64,000 bases of DNA. Source: Piromyces finnis finn. Its lineage: Eukaryota; Fungi; Neocallimastigomycota. The stretch lies in assembly GCA_002104945.1 (NCBI GenBank), contig MCFH01000041.1:372001-436000 (forward strand), in the 5' to 3' direction. Below are positions 56,084-64,000 of the stretch, in pieces; the stretch's first letter is position 1, and each line of letters begins with the position of its first letter. A program made the translations under genes and the position numbers. The notes beneath the pieces are model-generated. The model did not search any database, was not told the origin of the DNA, and worked only from the letters and a program-made list of their open reading frames with translations.

Positions 56084-56791
56084 GATGATTTACTACTCTC
56101 TTTTCATTATTTCAATTTTATAACATTTTTTTTTCTTTTTATTATTATTTTTTATTATTATTAGTTTTAACTTTATTAATTTGGGAAAGCCTTTATTTCT
56201 TTTTTTTAAAAAATTTTGTTGCTTTTTTTTTTCTTCTTTTTTTTTTTTAATATTTTAATATTTTAATTTTTTTATTTTTATTAAATGATTATAACTTTAT
56301 TATTTATTATTAAATATATTTATAGAGAAAAAAAAATTTTTTATAAAAACTATACTTTATATCATATGCAAATTATTTAATATTTTTTATATTATAAATA
56401 TAATTTAGATGATGAATTTTTGTTAAAAAAAAAAAAAAAAAAAAGAAAGAAAATATTAAAAATAGTATTTATATATTAGAGATAAGTTAATAAGTTAATG
56501 GGATTTTTATAAAAGATAAAAGTTAATGTTTTTTTAAATTTTTAACTTAGTGAAGAAAAATATAGGATTATAATAAACATTTTTCCTTTATTTTTCTTCA
56601 CTATCTTTTTTAAAAAAAAATTAAATTTTAAATTGATATCATTAAATTATTTTAAAAATATATTTTTCTAACCTTGTTTTTAATTTCTTTCATTTATATC
56701 CCTTTTCCTTTTTTTTTCTTTTTATTTTATATAAAAGGATGGTTGGTGTGGTATGTTTAAATTAGTTTTATGTTTCTACAATATATTAAAT

Positions 56792-58684
56792 TTACTTTTG
56801 GTGAAGGCTCATATCTTGAATAGCCTTAGAACGGTCATTGTAGTGAGTGTGTAATAATTCGTGAGAAAGGTGACCATTTGGTTCCTTTAAGAATTCCTTG
56901 TAAAGTTGTTGAACATCTTGGTTTTCGTGAGATAAACGAAGAGTAGCTTGCTTATCCATAGTGTACATACGTTCCATCTTCTTAATAACAATGCTTGGAT
57001 CAGCAGACTTTGGTTGACCACCACCGTTAATACAACCACCTGGGCACATCATCATTTCAACGAAGTCAAATTCAACTTCCTTGTTCTTAATCTTTTCTAA
57101 GAACTTTTGAATGTTAGCACCACCACTGACAACAGCAGCACGAACGTTAACATCCTTACCATCCTTAGTCTTTAATGGAACATTGGCAGCCTTAATACCT
57201 TCAAGACCACGAACAGCCTTTAATTCACCTAATGGAATTGGGTTTTCAACACCAGTAATAATTTGAGCGGTACGAACAGCAGCTTCCATGACACCACCAG
57301 TAACACCGAATAAATTACCAGCAGAAGAACCAGTACCTAATGGACTGTCATACTTTTCATTTTGAAGTTCAGCTGGGTTAACCTTCTTAAGCTTTAATAA
57401 AGTCATTAATTCACGGGTAGTAATAACATGGTCAATATCTGGAACACCGTTCTTAGCGAATTCTGGGCGCTTAGCTTCACCCTTCTTGGCGGTACATGGC
57501 ATGACACTAACATGGATAATGTCTTCTGGCTTGGCGTTAATCTTCTTAGCGAAGTAAGACTTAATAACAGCACCAATCATTTGTTGTGGAGACTTACAGG
57601 TAGAAAGATTTTCACGTAATTCTGGGTAACTCTTTTCAACCATGTTAATCCAACCTGGACAGCAAGAAGTGAACATTGGGAACTTACCACCTTCATTTAA
57701 GCGGTTAATTAATTCAGTACCTTCTTCCATAATAGTAAGATCAGCAGAGAAGTTAGTATCGAAGACGTAATCAAAACCGAGCTTACGTAAACCAGCAACC
57801 ATCTTACCAGTGAAATCGAAATCTGGTTCAGCATTGAATTCTTCAGCAAGAGCAGTTCTAATAGCTGGAGCAGTTGAAACAACAAGGATCTTCTTCTTGG
57901 AATCTAATTGTCTTAAAACTTCGATACATTCATTTCTTTCAGTAATAGCACCAACTGGACAAACTTGAGAACATTGACCACATTCAACACACTTAGTGAA
58001 GTTCATTGGTCTATCCATTGGGGTACCAACACGTTCGTAACCAGCACGGTTGATGAAACCTAAAATGTTAATGTTTTGGAAGTGGTGGCAAGCTCTAATA
58101 CAACGACCACACTTAACACACTTGTTCATATCTCTAGCAATAGAGAAAGTGGAGTTATCGAATGGAGAGTAGCATGGTTCAGTAATACTGTGGTTAGTTT
58201 TATCAAACTTTCTCTTAAGAAGAGTTCTAACTGGGTGTTGAGCATCAATTTGATATCTGTAAATTAAATCTTGGAATTCACAGTTACCATTAGATTCACA
58301 AGTCATACAATCATTTGGATGTTCTTCACGCATCATAGCTAAACTAGATCTAACAGTTTCTCTAACAGCTGGAGTATCAGTTTCAATTTCCATACCTTCC
58401 CAAACTTCAGTAGTACAAGCAGTTAATGGCTTCCATGAACCCTTAACATCAACTAAACAAAGTCTACAGTTACCAGCAATTGGTAATCTTGGGTGGTAAC
58501 ATAAAGTTGGAATGTAAAAACCATTAGCCTTAGCAGCATCAAGAACAGTGGTCTTTGGTGGAACTTGAATCTTACGACCGTTAATAGAAATGTTAACCAT
58601 CTTTTCAGCAGCTGAAGCTAAAGTACGAGACATTGGCTTAACAGCTTGAGCTGTCTTGTTTAAAACATTTGATATTGAAGACAT
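56792..58684 (-). CDS. hydA: Hydrogenosomal [FeFe]-hydrogenase (long form with 2Fe-2S, His-ligated 4Fe-4S and 2x4Fe-4S domains), intronless
   Basis: H-cluster motifs FTSCCPGW, MPCTAKKGE and EMMMCPGGCINGGGQP are present, plus CxxCxxCxxxC ferredoxins and HPNDCMTCESNGNC. The S/A/R-rich N-terminal presequence is MSSISNVLNKTAQAVKPMSRTLASAAEK. Confidence 0.97.
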   Translation of the reverse strand: MSSISNVLNKTAQAVKPMSRTLASAAEKMVNISINGRKIQVPPKTTVLDAAKANGFYIPTLCYHPRLPIAGNCRLCLVDVKGSWKPLTACTTEVWEGMEIETDTPAVRETVRSSLAMMREEHPNDCMTCESNGNCEFQDLIYRYQIDAQHPVRTLLKRKFDKTNHSITEPCYSPFDNSTFSIARDMNKCVKCGRCIRACHHFQNINILGFINRAGYERVGTPMDRPMNFTKCVECGQCSQVCPVGAITERNECIEVLRQLDSKKKILVVSTAPAIRTALAEEFNAEPDFDFTGKMVAGLRKLGFDYVFDTNFSADLTIMEEGTELINRLNEGGKFPMFTSCCPGWINMVEKSYPELRENLSTCKSPQQMIGAVIKSYFAKKINAKPEDIIHVSVMPCTAKKGEAKRPEFAKNGVPDIDHVITTRELMTLLKLKKVNPAELQNEKYDSPLGTGSSAGNLFGVTGGVMEAAVRTAQIITGVENPIPLGELKAVRGLEGIKAANVPLKTKDGKDVNVRAAVVSGGANIQKFLEKIKNKEVEFDFVEMMMCPGGCINGGGQPKSADPSIVIKKMERMYTMDKQATLRLSHENQDVQQLYKEFLKEPNGHLSHELLHTHYNDRSKAIQDMSLHQK

Positions 58685-60542
58685 TTTCTAAATATATAAA
58701 CTAGTGGATTAAAATAATATATTAATATCTTTACTTTTTATATATTTTATATTTATACTTTAAAAAAAATACAGTATTTATATTTTATTGTTTTTATTTA
58801 TTGTTTTATTTTAAAACCATCAAATATTAATATGATCAATCATAAATTTATTTAATAATTGTTCCTTATTTTCCTTGCCATTTATTTTATAAATATTCCT
58901 TTTTTTCTGATATTTTGTTTTATATAAAATTTCTTTATTTATGTTATTTTGTTAATATTCATTCTAAATATTTCTTAATCAATCTCAATGTTCCTTTTAG
59001 TATCATTTGAATTGTACATCGTTTTACATCTATTTGGTGTTCTCTTTGTTTATTATCATTTCTTTTTACTTTTTGTTTCTTGACATTTTTAATTCCAAAT
59101 ATATTTATTTTAATTTGTATTTTTTTTACCTTTTAACTTTAAAATCTATTTAATTATTATTTGTTTGTTTTTATATATATTATTTTTTCTCTTTTTAATA
59201 ATCTTCAAAATTCAAAATAAAAAAAAATGAAATGAAAATTATAAAATTAAAAAAAAAATAATAATTTTTTGTTTGGTTTATATGGAAAAAAAATGAAATT
59301 GAAATTAAAGAGAAAAAAATTTAAAAAAAATAAATTTGAATTCTTTTTATTTTTTTTTATTTATTTTTAAATATATGAATCAATATATTTATTTTTTTAT
59401 TGTATTAAAAATTTTATATATAAAAATATTAATTATTATTTAATATGATTTTATTCTAATATATTATAAAATTTGATATTAATATATTAGTATATAAACT
59501 ATATTAAAATTAAAAAATAAGATATTACTATCCATCATCATAATAGTGATAATATAAAAAATATAAAATACTTTAAAACAGAAAGTTATTAATAAAAGTA
59601 AATTATAACTTTGATATATTTGATATATATTCGTTCAAAGGAAGAGTTTTCTTTTATAAAAAAAATGGTAGTAATTTAACAGAATAGAGCAATTACAGAA
59701 ATATTAATAATATTGATTATTACATCGACACAAATAAATGAGTAAATTATTCTTTACTCCACAAATTATATACCATAGTATCAATTAATAATAGAATACA
59801 TAAATGTGGTTAATGTAAGGAAAAAAAATATTTGTAAACCACGGAATTTAGGTAAGAATTCCAAAGTTGTTTTACTAATAAACCATTGCAATAATGAAAA
59901 TATACTTTTTTTAAATCATTACCTACGCGTAACCACCTATAACTTTTACCACCTAAATAAAATGCTATTTTTTTTTAATATTTGATATACTCTTAATAAA
60001 AATAAACCAAAATAAATATATACAAAAATATATATTTATAATATATATTTAAATATAATCTAATATATTGAATAAAAATAAATATTAGCATCCTATATTA
60101 AAAAATAATAAAATTTTTGGTGGGGAAATCTTTTTTCTCCTCCAATAGAATATATTTTCATATTTAAATTATACACCTTAACAATATATATAATGTACAA
60201 TTTTCTTAATATAAATAAAATTTAATGTAATATATGACTAATATAAAAATTATATGAGTAAAAATGTTGAATTTAAAATAGTTTTTAATATATTATGTTC
60301 TTACAATAATATATGTAAATTAATTTTTATATAACAAAATTATTCTCATTTTAAATCTTTCCTATTGGACTACACCTTCCCCGCAAAGATTGATTGGTAT
60401 AATTCAAAGGTTTTATCTTTAGTTTGTTTTCTTAATAAATCAAAACGAAAATGTAAATAGATTATATCACTATTATAATTATTATTGTATTATTTTTTAT
60501 TTTCCTTATTATTTATTTATTTATTCATTCATTCATTTATTT

Positions 60543-60594
<52 letters not shown>

Positions 60595-62016
60595 TTAATT
60601 ATATTAATAAGTATAAAATGTCTTTATAGACAAAATACTAAAGAATCTTATGAAACTTGTATTCCTTCAGGCATTATTAATAACCACTTTTCAAGTCATC
60701 CCTTGTACCTTGTACATTTAAAAAAAACAAAACTTTTTTATGAATGATTAATTAATTAATTAATTAATAAATAAATAAGCTCATATTAATTTACACCAAA
60801 AATAATAACTAAACCTTGAATAAATTTTCACCTTAATATTTTTTTAAAAAAAAGTTGTTATTTATTATATATAAAAAAGCACTCTATAATTGAAAATTTG
60901 ACATTATAACTTAAAAAAAAGTTATGGTATTCTAAATATTAAATCAAAATAAAGTCATAAATATTTTATTTAATAATGATAAATATAATACTTTTTTTTT
61001 TCATAATTTTCTAATATTTATATTGATAATATATTTTTCATTATTAAAAGTCATTTTAATGTAATGGTAATGAAAATAAAATATTGAATTGTTCTAGAGA
61101 GTATAATATTTTTCCATCATACACCTTTAATTAGGTAAAGCTGTTAATTGCATTATGAATACCCATTTTGCAATTGTTGTTATAAAGCATTCTTTTAATA
61201 AATACACTTGTTTTAAATGTTTTATCAGAAGGTTATATTACTTATCATTACATAGATTATTTTATTTTAAAATATTTAGTTATATCCACATTTTTTTATT
61301 ATTATTATTATTATTCTAAATAGGATTTTATAACTTTAATAAATATAAATTAGATATGAATAATCTTTCATGTCATATTATCATTTTATGTTTATTTATA
61401 TTCATATATTTACTTGGATTTATATAAAAAAAAAGTATTTGCGGATTATTTTAGGATTTAATTAAAAATATTTTATCTTTTACCCCACAAAAGTATTGCT
61501 AAAACTTTTCCAAAGTTATTATTTTATTCTTTAAACGAAATATTTATACAACATTTACACCACAATATTTAATAACATAGATTAATAAGAAATAAATTTA
61601 AATTATTAGTTAGGAAATAGAATATAATCATTCTAATTTTTTTTTTTTTGTTAATACTACTTTTTAAAACAAAACTAAATTTTGATGTTGATAAAAAGCA
61701 TGCTTTATCTTTTGGAGAATAATTAAAATGCATATGAAATATTAAAAAAATATTTTCATTTATTTTTAAATTTATTATTTTTTTAAAATTATATATTTAT
61801 TTATTTATATTTAATAAAATTATAGTTCGTCAAATGTTAAAATTTTGTTTGATTTTATATGGATAAATTAAATAAAATTATTTTTACATAATAGATTTTA
61901 AAATTTTAAAATTTTAAATGTAGGGGATTAAAAAAAAAAGTTAATTAAAAAATTATTATATAAAATAATTAACTAATAATATATTCTCAAGTTATTTCTT
62001 ATAAACGAATGTGTAT

Positions 62017-63117
62017 TCATTCTCTTAGTATAGTTCCAAAACCTATACCAAAACTATTCTTCCATAAGCCATATAAACCTTGAATATTTTGACTATATTC
62101 TTTAATTTCATCATCTATATTTGCTTTTTCAACCAATTCTATTTTAAATTCTATTTTTGATCTATGACATATTTTATCCATAGGAGTTTTATCATTATCC
62201 TCATATTCATAATCTTGGTCATTTGTTTTTTTGATATCGTTAATTGTTGGATTAGACGTTATTATTTCACTATTTTTAATATTATTATTACTATTTAAAC
62301 GAATTCTTGTATTCAAAAGAGCAATATCACAATTACTATTATCATTAATTTGACTATTACTATTCAAGGCACTTGGAAGACTCTCATTTTCAAAATCATT
62401 TTCATCCTCTTCAATATAATTAAATAATCGGAATTGTTCATCTAAATCGCGTTCATCATTATAACTAACATTATCAATTACTTGATAGGGAGTCATAATA
62501 GGACCAAAAGTATTTGGAGTAAGAATAGTATTGAACGGACTTTGAGTTTCTTTTTGATTATAACTGATAGATGTCTTTTTAGAAACAGGAGATAATACAT
62601 AGGATTCATCACGTTGGTTGGAAATAATATTTGGACAACTGGTACTAGAATTAAATGAAAAATTATTCTCTGCATTTTTTAAGTTTTCATTCGAAATTTT
62701 TCTTTCATCTTTCTTATTATCATCAAATAAAAGTGGTGGAGCAATATAGGGTGAGCTCTGATAAGATTGACCTATATTCATACCTGGAGATGGTACATTA
62801 GAAGAGCATGCATTAGATAGACGGCGATAAGCAATTATAGCCTGAGGATCATTTGCTTTACATATTGAGAAACGATGACGTCTTACAGGTGAATTACCTT
62901 CATTATTTTCATTAGATGTATCAATAATACCTGGAGATGGGCAATAATTATCATAATCTATTTTATCAGGAGTAAATATATATTGATTTTGGTAATTTTG
63001 ATTATCCTGGGTATAATCATCCATAAGAGTTGAATTAAAATTATCATTATATTCTCCACCAATATTGTTTTGTGGGAATTGATTAAATGTAAAAATTGTA
63101 TTTTCTAAAACAAGCAT
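62017..63117 (-). CDS. Hypothetical, largely disordered protein with SP/TP and RRxS motifs
   Basis: A 366-codon open frame in otherwise stop-rich AT DNA, with an AAAA-ATG context. No recognisable domain. Confidence 0.6.
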   Translation of the reverse strand: MLVLENTIFTFNQFPQNNIGGEYNDNFNSTLMDDYTQDNQNYQNQYIFTPDKIDYDNYCPSPGIIDTSNENNEGNSPVRRHRFSICKANDPQAIIAYRRLSNACSSNVPSPGMNIGQSYQSSPYIAPPLLFDDNKKDERKISNENLKNAENNFSFNSSTSCPNIISNQRDESYVLSPVSKKTSISYNQKETQSPFNTILTPNTFGPIMTPYQVIDNVSYNDERDLDEQFRLFNYIEEDENDFENESLPSALNSNSQINDNSNCDIALLNTRIRLNSNNNIKNSEIITSNPTINDIKKTNDQDYEYEDNDKTPMDKICHRSKIEFKIELVEKANIDDEIKEYSQNIQGLYGLWKNSFGIGFGTILRE

Positions 63118-64000
63118 TTTTTTTTTCTACAATATTCTTTTTTTTTCTTTGTTAATTTTTAATTGATAAAATGTATTATTAAATATAAAATATTTAATGT
63201 TGATATTAATTTTTATTTTTATAAATGAGAGAGAGAATATAACGCATTTAGATATTTTATTTTTAATAATATGTTAGCATGTTATTAATTAATTTTTTTT
63301 TATTTTTATTTTTGATATGAACATATTAAATATTATTATAAAAATATGTATATAATAATAATTATTCAATAAATATTTATTATAAAAAATTATTTAATTA
63401 ATAAATAAAAAATATATTAATTCATAGTTGTATTGCTTTAAGGAATATACAAACATACCAATTTATCTGCTTTAAAAAATATCTATCGGGTAATCCTTTA
63501 TTTTATATATTCCTATATAATATTATTGAAAGTTGTAATATTATTATTATAATTGAAAATATTTTTTTATTATATATATATGTCACATATCACAATACTT
63601 TTTTAACTATTTTGACAAAAACTATATTTTGTCAAATATTATTAAATCACTTTAAGCCTTTGATTTTAGTTAAAAAAAATTTATATTATATCTTTAAAAA
63701 TAAATTCAATATAATGAATATATATAAAAAATAAATGGAACAAAAAGAGAATAAGAGTGATACTACATCATTTTTATTTTATAATGAAAGAAATAGATTA
63801 AAAGATTTCTTTTATTAATAGTATGATGTACGTTTTATTTATATTATAATATCAATAATTGCCATTAAAAAATATTAATAATAGATCTTTTTAATATATT
63901 ATTTGTTATGATAATTAATTAAATAGAAGAATAATTCAATAATTTTAATTGAATAATTATTAAATTTTGGTTAAAAAAAAATATTTTAATCAATTATCCT

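Noticed and set aside
59920-60410. ACGCGT (MCB-like) and two ATTGG (CCAAT-box) sites upstream of hydA
   Set aside because: Short motifs 1.2-1.7 kb from the ATG with no conservation data, so they cannot be distinguished from chance.
63611-63636. 10-bp inverted repeat TTTGACAAAA-6nt-TTTTGTCAAA
   Set aside because: A short, AT-rich palindrome that is expected by chance in this composition.

Overview
Very AT-rich eukaryotic genomic DNA with short GT-AG introns, most likely from an anaerobic gut fungus (Neocallimastigomycota). This rests on an intronless [FeFe]-hydrogenase with a hydrogenosomal-type presequence, a chitin synthase-like gene and SHO1. Host genes are RidA, a catalytically degenerate Cyt-b5/DEK-type chitin synthase, a one-exon-per-repeat LRR receptor-like gene, SHO1, a PASK-like kinase, a FruK/LacC-like PfkB kinase, an SSB1/SOSS-B OB-fold gene, three tandem genes sharing a 22-nt MGCGASK micro-exon, hydA and one hypothetical gene. 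The most striking material is a non-LTR retroelement system. A full-length TSD-bounded LINE (47294-56083) has one RRM-APE-RT reading frame broken by two stops, a hairpin-packed 5' leader and a candidate 5'-UTR intron. A younger 5'-truncated copy is nested inside that leader, a third copy ends at the window start, and an older remnant lies nearby. A TSD-flanked, poly(A)-tailed 531-bp non-coding SINE-like element shares a covarying 3' stem-loop and a splice-donor motif with the LINE. Also notable is an intronless, frameshifted gene ending in a bacterial polymorphic-toxin-like nuclease domain with no adjacent immunity gene. All family assignments come from motif recognition by eye; no searches were run.
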